A stretch of DNA of 62,280 nt from Rhynchobatus australiae. Its lineage: Eukaryota. Below the pieces are notes generated by a model. The model saw only the letters and a program-made list of their open reading frames with translations. It made no database searches and was not told the origin of the DNA. The stretch covers positions 25,170,059 through 25,232,338 of the forward strand of contig JAUZTB010000066.1 in the NCBI GenBank assembly GCA_034780895.1. Direction: 5' to 3'. Shown here piece by piece: positions 1 to 12,195 of the stretch (positions within the stretch are counted from its first letter, which is position 1; every line of letters starts with the position of its first letter). The translations under genes were made by a program, and so were the position numbers.

Positions 1-189
1 CTTTTTTTTTGAAAAAGAGAAAAGTTCTTCATGCCTTCAGCTCACCCAAAAAGTTTTGGTTTTCCTGCATCTTTGTTCTAGTTTTTTCTTGCCTTCAATA
101 TTGAAGATATTTTTCCCTATTTGAAAACAATTGTAGTTACACAGGATAGCAGATTATTCAACCCAAAATTCTGTGCCAGCTGTTTGGCA

Positions 190-1130
190 ATATTAGCAAA
201 TTAGATCCTCCCATCTGCTCCTTCCCTATAGTCCTGTAAATTTTTCTCCAAATATTTATTGTGTGTTACTGTTTAACCTCCTTCACCGCCATTTTTGATA
301 GTGCATTCAAGATTGTAACAATCCACTGTAATTTCTTTTCTTATCTCTGGCTCTTTTGCTGATGACAAACCTGATAATCGGGCAAAACAGTTCAGCTTGG
401 CCCTAACTAGTCATTTGTAAAGATTTCACATATCTGTCTTGATTTTGCACTTTGTCTCTATACATAAAATCAAGGGTCTTTGTTGATTTTAACAACAGTC
501 TCAACTTGTCCTGCTATCCTCAAAGATTTCTGAATGTACAGCACCCAGATCTCCATTATTTTACTCATAGTATTTACTTAAATGTTGCCTCTCACTTTTT
601 GTGCCAAACTTGATAACTTTACACTCCTGTATTAAATTTCACTTGCTATGTGTCTGCCCATTTCTTGGGTATATCTGTGACCTCACAAAGTAATATTGTG
701 TCATGTATAAACTTTAAAATTGTGCCTTGTATATCTCAAGTCAGCTCACTAATATAAATCAAAAAGAGCTGTGGTCATAATGCCCACCCCTGAAGAAAAC
801 TGCTGTACAGTTCCCTCTAGTCTGAAAGGCAACCAATCACTATTACTCTACTTTCTTCATCTTATCACACTCAGTGTTTACCGCTTTAAATCTGTGATTT
901 CGATTTATTGAAATGTTTGTAATGTGCTGTTCTACCTAAATTTCCACAGCATCCATAAAGCTAACCTAACCCATCCATCAAAGTACTCATTCAAGGTAGT
1001 CAAATAAAATTTCTCTCTAATAGATCAGTGCTGCCTTTCAATTGTTAATCCATGTTTTCCTGACAAATTTTGTGCCAAATTATTGCCTCCCAAAAAAGTG
1101 CAATTGTATCCAGTGGTTTTATTAACATTT
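190..1130 (-). mobile_element. Heavily decayed CR1-type LINE fragment
   Basis: Antisense CR1-like motifs (cctgctatcctcaaagat...cacccagatctc, ttaaatttcacttgctatgtgtctgcccattt, ...tctgaaaggcaaccaatcactattactct); no intact ORF. Confidence 0.55.
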
Positions 1131-2384
1131 TCTGTATCTTGTTGGGTTTGTAACAGGCAATTTAAAATGTTGTACGTAACTCCTTGTGGCTTATTTAAAA
1201 GAAGAAATTGGCAAGGCAATAGAAAGAGGTTCACAATTAAGCCATTATTTGAAATATTTTGTGCTGATGTGGTATTCTTGGCAACTGGAGAGCAGTTCAT
1301 CAAATGATTATATAATTGAAATACAATGTTCCCAGTTGTTAAAGCTCATTTGCAGCTGAAACCATACTTGATAATTGTTGGAACTTAAGGTCCAAACTAA
1401 TGTTCAGGTTACCATTAGGTGCATCAGTCTGTGCATGAAAACTACAGACAATCTTTTGCATTTTGAGATGTTGGGTGGCTCTTAAACTAAACTTTAGGGC
1501 TGGGGTGTTGGTGCTGGCAGTGTCAGCCTGCAGGTGCTGGTGGAATGTTAAGTGGATGTGGAGACCGTGTACATGAAGAGACTTTTCACAAGGGATGGTT
1601 GTGAAGCTTGGTGTACTGCAGATGAGATTAAAGTTTCTGAAGATTGGTAAAAGTGCAACATTATAACATTATTAAGTGTTTGAATTCAGTTGGTATTAAA
1701 TATCGACCAAATGAATTCATGTTTATATTGAACTGCATCAGGCCAAACGGGAATTGAGGGACCTCCCCATTCACGCAAGCTGTGAATGACCAGGCAGAGC
1801 TTGATGCTGACCGTGAACTTGTAAGTAAATGTCATTTAGCTCTGAAATTGCAAATAGCATCACTAAATATTAAATGTCAAGATAGAAGTCGCTGATCCAA
1901 AGATACTCTGAACAATCAGTAACTGGTTGAACAAAACTCCGATTGCAGTATAATGTTAGAGCAGCTGACTTGGAGAGTTAATAAATTGAGAACTGAAAGA
2001 TTGCTGCTGAGATGAAGTCGGATGGTATAATTACAAGTGTAATTATAGAACACACCTGTGTGGGAGTATCCCTAAGACTGGTGTACTCTGTCCAGATTCC
2101 AGAAGCTCTATAAACAGCATGTGATCTCTGTTCCAAGCTGAATAAATACATTACTGATCTTTTTCCCTTTTTGATTTTACTGCCATTTGCAGCTCTTTAG
2201 CCACTTAACTCAGTTGTGAGTCTTGCCACCTCTGATGTTCATGTGAGTGCATTTGAGCAAAAGAAGAGTTAACCCCCAATGCCCCTCTGTTGTCAGTCAT
2301 CATTTACACTACAAAGGTATCGTTCCCTTAACCACCTCAACTAGCAGGAACATAAACCAAATGTAACCAGTTACAGAAAAGTGG

Positions 2385-2702
2385 TGGAGGCAGATATGTT
2401 GGACAGGTTGAAGAGATTGTTGGATAGGCATATGGAGGAATGTGGGATAGAGGGATATGCGGGAGGAAAGGGTTAGATAGTGTGAGGNNNNNNNNNNNNN
2501 NNNNNNNNNNNNNNNNNNNNNNNNNNNNNNNNNNNNNNNNNNNNNNNNNNNNNNNNNNNNNNNNNNNNNNNNNNNNNNNNNNNNNNNGATAGAGGGATAT
2601 GCGGGAGGAAAGGGTTAGATAGTGTGAGCTGTGGTTTGATGGACAGCACAACATGCTGGGCTGAAGGGCCTGCATCGTGCTGTATTGTTCTGTAGTTCTA
2701 TC
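2385..2702 (+). mobile_element. CR1 LINE 3' end (elasmobranch-type tail), spanning a gap
   Basis: ttggataggcatatgg...gatagagggatatg... followed by the typical tail cacaacatgctgggctgaagggcctgcatcgtgctgtattgttctgtagttcta. Confidence 0.7.
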
Positions 2703-3390
2703 CCGTCAACACAGCCCTTTCATCAACAATGAGCACTGTGTAAGAGCAATGTGTTCCTTCTTAAAAGGAATCTAAAACTGAAAGCACTATGCTCAATACA
2801 GTTTAGTTGCATTTGCTCATTTCTATCCCTTGTGATAGTTGAAGTTCATGATCCACTATTGTTTTGCATTGGGAGAAATGGGGTCGATCCTTGATGGGTT
2901 TGTGTGCCTGTATCTAGCTCTCTGTGTGCATTCCTGTCCCTTCTCCTCATCACACCACCACATAAATTCTGAAGCAGCTTCCAGCTAATATGCTATTTCA
3001 TTCATCCTGCCCTAGCACCTTGTAATTGTCCCAACGTTGGGTTCCATCCCTGCTGTTAAGTTTGTCTTCAGTTAAATTTTCAATTGTAATGGCAATTTCT
3101 TGGTTTCAACTGTGTCAAATGTCTTCTGAAAATCCACCTACTGCTTCATTGATTCTTTGATGTGACCTGTTTCAGAAATTCTGCTGAATAACTATTAGGC
3201 NNNNNNNNNNAGAAAACAATGCTGATTTACTGTAATTTCTGAAAGTGCAATTTAATAATTGGTTTAAACATTTCTCCCAATGCTTCTGCTAAACAAATGA
3301 CATGAATTTCCTATGTTTAGACCTTGTTTTTGTATATAATGAAGATATTTCAACCTTCAGACTACCTGATAGCTTCTAAATCTAGTAAAT

Positions 3391-3490
3391 TCCAGATGCG
3401 GGTCTTAACCTGAAACATCGTCTTGCACCTTTTACGTCTGTAGGTGCTGCCCGACCTGCTGAGTTCTACTGTTCTGTTTTTTGTTTCAGT
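3391..3490 (+). mobile_element. Penelope-like element 3' tail fragment (degenerate hammerhead motif)
   Basis: cagatgcgggtcttaacctgaaacatcg...gtgctgcccgacctgctgagttct matches the other tail copies in this window. Confidence 0.6.
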
Positions 3491-5409
3491 AAACTTCACA
3501 CTGCCTTTTTATGGAAGCTGTCTCATCTTCGAACTTTGTCAGACTTCAACATTTAAACTTATCTGTCCTTTTTACTTTGATGCCTTTAAGTTTATTCCCT
3601 CAACAAATTTCTCATCCTCTTTCCAGTGCAGTCGTTGTTCTTATTATTATTGGTAACATTCCCGGTCAATATTCTTGTTGCTACCGGTGCTCTGTTGCCA
3701 AAGAAGAATGGTGCTGGTGTCTCTGAGTACCTGGAAATGAACTTTAGCATTTAAATGCATTCAAAATACCTTGCATTTCTGGTCTTGATGACCTGAGGTG
3801 TGCTTCCACCTCCACTCCACTGCACTTCTCCCACCCCAATTCCTGGTAATCTTAACGAATGCTAAAGTTCATAGCCAGTTGCACCACTGGACCAATAATA
3901 CATCTGTTATTTAACGAATCAGTTATGGGGGTTGTTAATGTAAAATCCTCAGTGAGCAGAGATTGGAAAATTCTCTTTGCATGTAGAATTATTGGGGCAC
4001 AAAATATTTTCTTACATGACTTAACACTAAGGCCGGTGGATCTTTCATTACAACACTATTAAAATATTTAAAGCAGATACTTCGAGGATAATTTGAGCAG
4101 GGTAATGTGATTCATTGCGCAAGCACTAGTGTAGATCTGGCACAGTTATGGGCTAAGTAACTACCTTCTGTGTTGTGACTTTAAACTACAGAGGTGTAAT
4201 TTATTTGTTTAATGCAAGTCTTAATTACTTTGCCCTGGTCGCTTCAGGACAGAAGTTGTTAGGGGCAGAAGGGGGAGAGCTTGATTGGATGGCATTTCTG
4301 CCCCACTTCAAAATTTAATCAAAATACTTCTTGGCAAAAAGCCGTTGATAGAACATGGTTGCTAATTTTCTTTTAGGGGAACAGCACTGTGCTGATCCTT
4401 TAAGAATAAATGGTGATGAATCAGTCANNNNNNNNNNNNNNNNNNNNNNNNNNNNNNNNNNNNNNNNNNNNNNNNNNNNNNNNNNNNNNNNNNNNNNNNN
4501 NNNNNNNNNNNNNNNNNNNNNNNNNNNATCAGTCACAGTGCCACCTCACTGAGCACCTAAGAGGGAGGGTGCAGCTGGACTTCCGTTCTCGATAAGACGT
4601 TTTGCCTGTCTCAGCAGAATCGATGCAGTGAGTTATCTGACTGACTTACCACACTTTATTAACTGAACATGCAAAAGTTCAAAGAAGAGAGGTGTGGGAA
4701 AGAAGTGAACCTGGTGAATACTTTATTGCAGTTTTACAAAATCATAAAAATGTTACTTAATGTTACAAACCTTATCCCTAATCCAATTTCTGATTGTCCC
4801 AAGCTGATAATATACAGCAGGGTAAGAGTTAAAGTTGTTTGTGTTCCTAGTACTAACTTTCTGTTTAGTTTACTGTGAAGTGTGCTTAAATGATCCCGGC
4901 TTTGACTTTGTGTTGAAAGAATTTGGGCTGCAGCACCATTTGCATGATGCACAAGGGTGACCTTGGTCAGACCAAGGCTTTGTTTACTCTCAGTTACACT
5001 TCAGCTAACTGAGAGAGCTCAGCACACAAAACAGCACCAGAAGAGAGCTACTAAACTAGGAAAGCTCCTGTAACATAGTGTGGAATCTGAACAGTGTCTG
5101 GGTTCCTTTGATTGAATTTATTTTGTTTTATTTTTATTTTGTTTTCTCTCTTATTCTCAGATAGTCAAACTGATAGATCTTTTCATTTAGTGTCACCTAT
5201 GTGTAAATTTTCTAACCCATTGGAATCACGGGGAGGGGGGAGTTGGAGATACACCTCTGCTTAGTGCATTGAGATGGGAAATGTAAGGCGTTGAGAGTGG
5301 GAATGCTAAAATGCATAGCCAGGTACCCAGGAGCACTATCGTCAGTTTTCTCTGGTAATGAGACAGTGGAATTACTCTACTAACCAATTCGGATGCAGTC
5401 CTTTGACAA

Positions 5410-5712
5410 ATGCAGCAACCTTCAATTACATTGTACCTTTTTGCCGCAAAGACATCCCAAAGTGTTTCACTGTTCAATGTATCTCATTATCAATATATTT
5501 TAAAAAAATTGGCACTGATACATCAATGCAGACGACGAAAGAAGCAGATCTTATTAACTGTCTTAAGGGAGAAAAATCTGGAAAAGAGGTATCAGGAGAG
5601 CCTTGGTAGCTTAAGTCACAGCTGCAGTACAGACAATTACATTTGCAGATGTTCCAGAGACCAGAACTGGAGGGGCACAGACATCTGAGGTTAAAGTGCT
5701 GGAGAACATTAC
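5410..5712 (-). mobile_element. L2-type LINE 3' fragment, decayed
   Basis: cagcaaccttcaattacattgtacctt...catcccaaagtgtttcac...tgtcttaagggagaaaa resembles the antisense L2 tail also seen at 43075 and 35700. Confidence 0.45.
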
Positions 5713-5974
5713 NNNNNNNNNNNNNNNNNNNNNNNNNNNNNNNNNNNNNNNNNNNNNNNNNNNNNNNNNNNNNNNNNNNNNNNNNNNNNNNNNNNNNNNN
5801 NNNNNNNNNNNNAACATTACAAAAACAGGAATTTGAATACAAGGATGAGAGTTTTACATAATTAAAATAATGCATCCAAATTCACTCAAAGGAAACTATG
5901 ATTTTGACTTCATGTTTCTTCATTTGAAGTCACACATGGGCAGTGATGAAAGCTTTTATACTAATGTGTTGGTT

Positions 5975-6230
5975 ACATAAAAAGTAGGAACAGGAGCAGA
6001 CTATTCTTCCTCTTGAGTTTGCTCCAGAATTCAACAAGGTCATCATTTTTCAGCCCAATATTCACACTCTTGATTCTTTTAATATCCCAAAGTCTATCAG
6101 TCCCAGTTTTGAATGCTATGAATGACGGCCTCCAGAGCGCTCTGTGTCAGAGAATTCCAAAGCTGTGCCAAGCTGTGAGTGAAGAAAGTGTTCCTCATTT
6201 CAGTACACACATCTTCCAGAAATAAAGGCT
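5975..6230 (-). mobile_element. CR1 LINE 3' tail
   Basis: cataaaaagtaggaacaggagcagactattc...ttgaatgctatgaatgacggcctccagagcgctctgtgtcagagaattccaaag is an antisense CR1 terminus. Confidence 0.6.
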
Positions 6231-6429
6231 GACATATTTGTCTTCCTTATGTAGGATTTAAATTCAGTTAATGAAATGAAATCACACATCAACAATCAGA
6301 TTGTGTCTTTTAGAGAAGAAAATCTGTCTTTATTGCATGGTTGACTTATAATCCAACCAGTTTGACTCTTAATTCAAACTGGTTAGCTATCCACTCAATT
6401 GTACCAAATTTCTGCAAAAAGGTTCATTG

Positions 6430-7720
6430 AGATTAAAACACTAATATTGGTGAAATTGTGCCAAAATTTGGAGAACTGTTGCATAAAGCCTGACATTATG
6501 TTTATAGAATTGTACCTTTCAAATAATATCCTGGATTCCTCCATCACCATCTCTGGGTGTATCTGATCCCACCAACAGGACAGACCCACTAGAGATGAAA
6601 GGAAAGTGTGCACATTGGAAGAGTATAAACTCTGGGGAATTGACATTGATTCTGGACCCTTTGAGCTCTCGTGGTATTAGATGAAATAGTTGGAGGAACT
6701 GCCTAATTGCCGCATAGCATTCTCCCTTGGCTGTGCTCTTTTACATTAAACACCATTTAGAAAAAGCACCATGGACAGTGAGGAAATGTATTCTAGGTGG
6801 GNNNNNNNAAAAGTGGTTCAATATCACCAGTGTTGACTTGGCTGGCAGAGCCCTTAAGTACTGTACGTAACATTTATCTAATCAGATGGATGTGTGAATA
6901 TAGGTAATGGTGGACATGATTATCTACATGATTATCTCCCAGTCCTCGTGGGAGAGGTCTTATCTTCACATGGAGGATACTTTCCATTGTATCATGTGGT
7001 ATTATCACTGGAAGGTCTAGTGATTTAAGTGGGCATCCACAAGGAATTGTGGGCTTTCAGCAGCAGAACTGTATTCACCATGATCTGTAACCTCATGGAA
7101 CAGCATCTTCCTCATTCCAACCAACTAATCAAGGCAGGATATCAATCCTGGCTTAATTAGGAGGGTAGTGCATGGCAGAAGTGGCATGTAAATATGTGGT
7201 GTCAAACTGGTGAAGTTGCAATACCTGTCTGTGTTGAATAAACAGCATAATTACAGCATAGTTCCTTTTAATCAATGTTCCAGACCACTGCTTCACCATC
7301 CACCAACGGGATAGATCAACCAGAAGTAAAACAAAGGCAGTTAACTAATGAACAAACTGCATGAACGTGCCCGCTGGCAATGAAGGAGGACTTGGCACTT
7401 GAATGCAATAAGCAATGCTGGGGAGTGTGCGACCAGGTCTACCAGAAGCACTAAATAAATAGCTAAGCTTAGGCTGCTCCTCAGGATCCCACCAACACAG
7501 AAGCTAGCCTTCATTCACCCCGAATCACCACATGAAATCAAGAGCTCCCGAGTGCACTGAATATGGCAAAGATTGTCCACTGACAACACCAAAGCCAACA
7601 ATGCCTTGGCCAAGCTATTTTAGTTTAGTTGCAGCCCTGGCAGTGTGACTGACTTTTAAATGACCCTCGTAAACAGCATCACAACCCACTCAGTTGTACC
7701 ATTGCCACTACATTAAAACA
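6430..7720 (+). mobile_element. Decayed, internally deleted CR1/L2-group LINE (endonuclease region onward)
   Basis: gtgccaaaatttggagaactg...catcaccatctctgggt...caggacagaccc...ctctggggaattgacattgattctggacc corresponds to the APE region. The same start motif recurs at ~7835 (ggtgtccaaattgggagagc). Confidence 0.55.
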
Positions 7721-7769
7721 CTGGGATAAACTAGTCCAATTTGCATGAACTGAGACACCCAATTCTGAA

Positions 7770-9790
7770 GCAGTAACATTGCACCCAGCCCTGTCAACCT
7801 AGAGAAGTCCTCCTCACAGAGAACTGAGCATTGGTGTCCAAATTGGGAGAGCACACACTAGCAGAAACGTACACCACCGTAATCTGTAATCTTATGGCCT
7901 CACATACCTCTCACTCTGATATTGCTATCGAGCCAGGAGATTGACCTCACTTCATCGAGGAGTACAGAAGGACATGCTGGGATTAGCAACAGAAGTACTT
8001 AAAAATGTGATCCAAACTGGTGGAGCTGCCACACAGGATTATTTATGTGCTAAATAATTAACACAGCAAGCAGTGGACAGCCAATGGATCAGATCAAAAT
8101 TCTGCAGCTCTGCCACATCTAGTTGTGAATGGTGGTGGACAATTAAACAGCTAACAAGGAGAAGTGGCTTGAAGGACATCCCCATCCTCAAAGATATCAG
8201 GGTCCTGCATGTGAGGGTTAAAGACGAGGCTAAAGTATTTGCAACCATACTCAGCTAAAAGACCTGAATGAACGATCCATCTCAGCTTGCTTCCAAGATG
8301 CAGAAGCCAGTCTCCAGTTAATTCAATTTATTCCACGTGATATTGAGAAACCAGTTGTGATTACTGGATAGAGATAGGAGTATGGAACTAGGCAATATCC
8401 AATCAGTACTTCTGAAGACTTGTACTCCAAAAATACTTTCACCCAACTGACATTGTTGAAAATTGCCCAGAATGTACTGTTCACAAGAAGCAGGTCAAAT
8501 CCATCCTGCTAGTTATCCACTAGTCTGTCTATTATCAATCACAAGCAAAGTGATGAAATATATCATCAACAATGATATGAAGTAGCACTTACCAATAACC
8601 TGCTCATCAATGCCCAGCTGGGTTTTGCAAGGAACATTAGGAACAAGGAACATACCTCACCATAGCCTCTGTCCAAACATAGACCAGAGAGCTGAATTCC
8701 AAAGGTCCAAATGACTGACCTTGTCAAGGTGCCATTTGACTGAATGTGGTATCAAGAAGCCTGAGAAAAGTTGAAATCAATGGGCAATGAGGAGAAAATG
8801 CACCAGTGGTTGAAGTCAGACATTTCAGAGTTAGTTGGAGGTTGATCATCTCATCCCAGGACATCACTGAAAGAGATCCTAATGGCAGGGTCCTCATCCC
8901 AACTATTTTCACTGCTTCATCAATGATCTTTCTCCCAGCATAAGCTCAGAAGTGGGGATGTAGTCCAAGTTTCAATTAGCAAGACTGGGACAACGTTCAG
9001 GCATGTGCTGATAGGTCATAAATAACATTATAACATTTGCCCACAGAAATGCCAGGCAATGACCATCTCCAACAAAAGGTAGTCTAAACCTCTGTCCTTA
9101 ACATTCAATGGCATAACCATTATCTTGTCCCCCACTATCAACATCCTGAGGGGAATGGAGGGTAGGTCACCAGGAACAACTGGACCATGTTCGTAAACAC
9201 ACAAACACTGTGGCTACAAGAGCAGTTCAGAGGCTGAGTATTTGCAGCAAGTGACTCAGCTCCTGACATCCAAAAGCACATTAGGAGCATTATGGAATGC
9301 CGAATGCAACTCTTGCAGCAGTTGAAGCTCAACAGCATCCAGGATAATGCAGCCCACCCACCATTTGTAAGCTTTCATTTCCCCCTCTCCGTCAGTGCCC
9401 TGTGGCTGCAATGTGCATCATCTACAAAATACATTGCAGTTACTCCATTAGGCAACTCTAACAATACAGATACCTTTCAAACTTATGACCTCTACCCCCA
9501 AGGAGGACATGGTGGTGTTCCCATTATCTAGGGACATGGGGCCACCGCCAGCTTCAGGTTCCCTCCAAGTCACACACCATCCTAACTTGGGAACGTTTTG
9601 CTTTCTGTTCATCACTGCTGGCTGTAAATCCTGGAGCTCCCTCCCCATCAGCATCGTGGGAGTATCTTCACAAGAAGGACTGCAGTGGTTCTGCAAGGTA
9701 ACTCAATGCCTCGTTCTCAGCATTATTAAGGGATGGGCATTGAACGCTAGCCCTGACAGCAATGCTCAGAACCCAAATAATTAATGAAGA
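7770..9790 (+). mobile_element. Decayed CR1/L2-group LINE ORF2 plus 3' UTR
   Basis: ORF remnant QWIRSKFCSSATSSCEWWWTIKQLT...IPILKD...AKVFATILS; RT-like pieces (ccttgtcaaggtgccatttgactgaatgtggtatcaag; gtcctcatcccaactattttcactgcttcatcaatgatctt); 3' UTR ...ggactgcagtggttc...gggatgggca. Confidence 0.75.
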
Positions 9791-9879
9791 AATAATCTAC
9801 TTGACAACAGCAAACAGGGCAATCCCAGTCTTGTCAGTTACCAACACATGACATCAAAGTGATGGAGTTGCTGGGCAGC

Positions 9880-10195
9880 AGGGCTGTCAAGTGGTTCTTA
9901 TTCATCAATAATCAGTTTACCAATGCTTAATTTAGTTTTCACCCGGATCATTCAGCTGCTGACCTCATTATAGCCTTGGTCCAAATGTGGACAAAAGCTG
10001 AACTCCAGAGGTGAANNNNNNNNNNNNNNNNNNNNNNNNNNNNNNNNNNNNNNNNNNNNNNNNNNNNNNNNNNNNNNNNNNNNNNNNNNNNNNNNNNNNN
10101 NNNNNNNNNNNNNNNAGAGCAGAATTTCATGTGCGAATAATTGCCCTTGACATCAAAGCAGCATTTGACTAAGCGTGGCATCAAGGAGCCCTTAA
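9880..10195 (+). mobile_element. RT fragment of the same LINE family
   Basis: Encodes HSAADLIIALVQMWTK and ALDIKAAFD*AWHQGAL (RT LD-x-x-x-AFD motif). Confidence 0.65.
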
Positions 10196-10629
10196 TAAAA
10201 TTTTGTATGGCTCAGCTGTTCACTGCATAAACATAGTGAGTCATTAAGGGAGAATTTACAAAGCCGAACTTGGAGCTGAGTTGCAGACGTTTTGAGTGAC
10301 TTCAGTTCTCCAGCATAAATATAGCCTTTCAGTGTTTTTTGTTTAATTCCACAAGCTGAATCAGAGAGGAGAGAGAGTAAGCAACAGCCTCAAGCTAAAT
10401 GCTTTGATGTCAGCATCAGCTCATTCTTTGTTAAAGGCGACCTGTTTCTTTAATTACCCAACAAACACATTATCCTAACAATAATGGGGTTTAATTCAGG
10501 ATTGAAATGCTTTCTTGTATGAACTCAATGTCATACTATGGAAGGTGGGTGCAAATTTCTCCTTGTTAACTTGGGTGCGGCAGAAGGTATCAATAATACT
10601 ATGGTACGAAAGCCCGCAACTGATCGAAG

Positions 10630-10890
10630 GGGCATTTGGAAAATGCTGAAAGCCTGATGATCAATTAGCATCGAGGCACAGGTTAAAGTGTTGAGCTTCA
10701 TAACTTTTTCTAAACTGACAAATAAATTAGGAAAGCGTCAGAAAAGTGGGAGGCGTAGGGGTTGAGAGGAGAGAATGGCAGGTCTTTCTCAGTCAAATAA
10801 GGTAGGAACATTCTCTCCACAGATGTTGGTTGATCTGCTTAATGTGTTTTTGGAAATCAGTTTCATCTGCAGTACTTCACCTTTTGTGTT
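10630..10890. mobile_element. Two old Penelope-like tail remnants in opposite orientations
   Basis: ggaaaatgctgaaag...ttagcatc (antisense) and ttctctccacagatgttggttgatctgctt...catctgcagtac (sense). Confidence 0.4.
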
Positions 10891-11574
10891 GATGCTTATC
10901 ATTGATGGATGATACTGTTTATATAATTTTTTTTTTGATTATAACAGGGAGTGGTGGTTTATAAAGTGACATTTCCGATCGGGCTCTGAACAAAAAGAAT
11001 TCTAAACTTAAAGGGCTTTAATGTAGTAAAATGTCCCAAGGCGCTTATATGACTGATGCAGGCAGGATCTGTGTGTCCTACCCTCCCATTTATGTACTGC
11101 AGCAGCAGTGAGAGAAGTGAGATGTTATCTATCTGGCCCTGGCAATGTGTTGGTATGCAACTCAACCCAGAGGCAGACGTGAACATTTCCTGATAGCATC
11201 TGCAGGGGGAGAGATGATTGGCCAGGATTCTATAACTCACTCTGCTTGTGACAATATGGAAATTAAAACGTATGTTTGCCTTGAAAATGGACTCTATGGC
11301 AGGAGTGAGTCCAAGAGGAATCAAATTATGAAAGCAAATTTCACTGGTAGCAAGTAGAGCTGAAAGCCAGGGTAATGTTTTGGATTAGAAACAAATTGAT
11401 TCATATTGAAGGCCCCCTGCCTTTTTCAGTACCCCAGCAGCTCCAAAGCAATTTGCAAAACTCCCATGCAGTAAACATTTTAAACTTCAGTATTTTGTTA
11501 GGGATAAAACAGCCTCCAGTTGACTTGTGGGTATGTCACTTCATTCACTGAACTCCATTCAGTATACCAGTCAC

Positions 11575-12195
11575 TGAATGCAACCATGCAAACTCACCAA
11601 ATGATTAAAAGACAGACATTGGTCTTCAATTGCTTTTGGTTTTGAGGATAGGAGCAAGGATGTCTTGCTACATTTGTCCTTGGTGGGACCTCACCTGGAG
11701 TATGTTGTGCAGATTTTGTCTCTATCTAAAGAAGGATTTAATGTCATAGAGGGAGTGCAATGAAGGTTCACGTTGGTGGAACTGTTGTATCCTGCTATGT
11801 CCTTAATGAACCAGGCTCAATCCCTGTTGACTTGACCTGTATTCACTAGAGTTTAGAAGAATGAGAGGGGAGCTCATTAAAACGTACAAAATTCTAACCA
11901 TGCTCGACAGTCTGGATCAGAGAGGATATTTTCCCCCTCAGGATGTCTGGAACCAGGTGTCACAGTAACAATATAAGGAGTGGAACTGAGAGAAGGAGAA
12001 TTTCTTCACCCAGCATGTTGAACCATTGGAAGGTGATGGAGGTCAAGTTGCTGAATATGTTTAAGAAGGAAGTAGGTACATTTCAAGACGCCAGTGGAAT
12101 CGAGGTATGAGGAAAGAGTGGGAATATGGTATTTAGAGGATCGACCATGAAGGACCAAATGGCCTTTGGTTCCTACTTCTCTATGCTTCTATCAT
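11575..12195 (+). mobile_element. CR1 LINE 3' portion
   Basis: ttggtgggacctcacctggagtatgttgtgcag (LVRPHLEYCVQ-like), gagtttagaagaatgagaggg, and tail aaggaccaaatggcct...cctacttctctatgcttctat. Confidence 0.75.

Noticed and set aside
1742-1820. Exon-like segment (catcAG...ctt|GTAAGT) starting AKRELRDLPIH
   Set aside because: Stops in all three frames, a poor polypyrimidine tract and no match to RNF43 or ZNRF3 exons.
2447-2628. ~41-bp direct repeat on both sides of a 100-N gap (similar short duplications at 4420/4528, 5705/5813, 15815/15920)
   Set aside because: Overlapping contig ends joined by placeholder gaps; an assembly artefact rather than a biological repeat or TSD.
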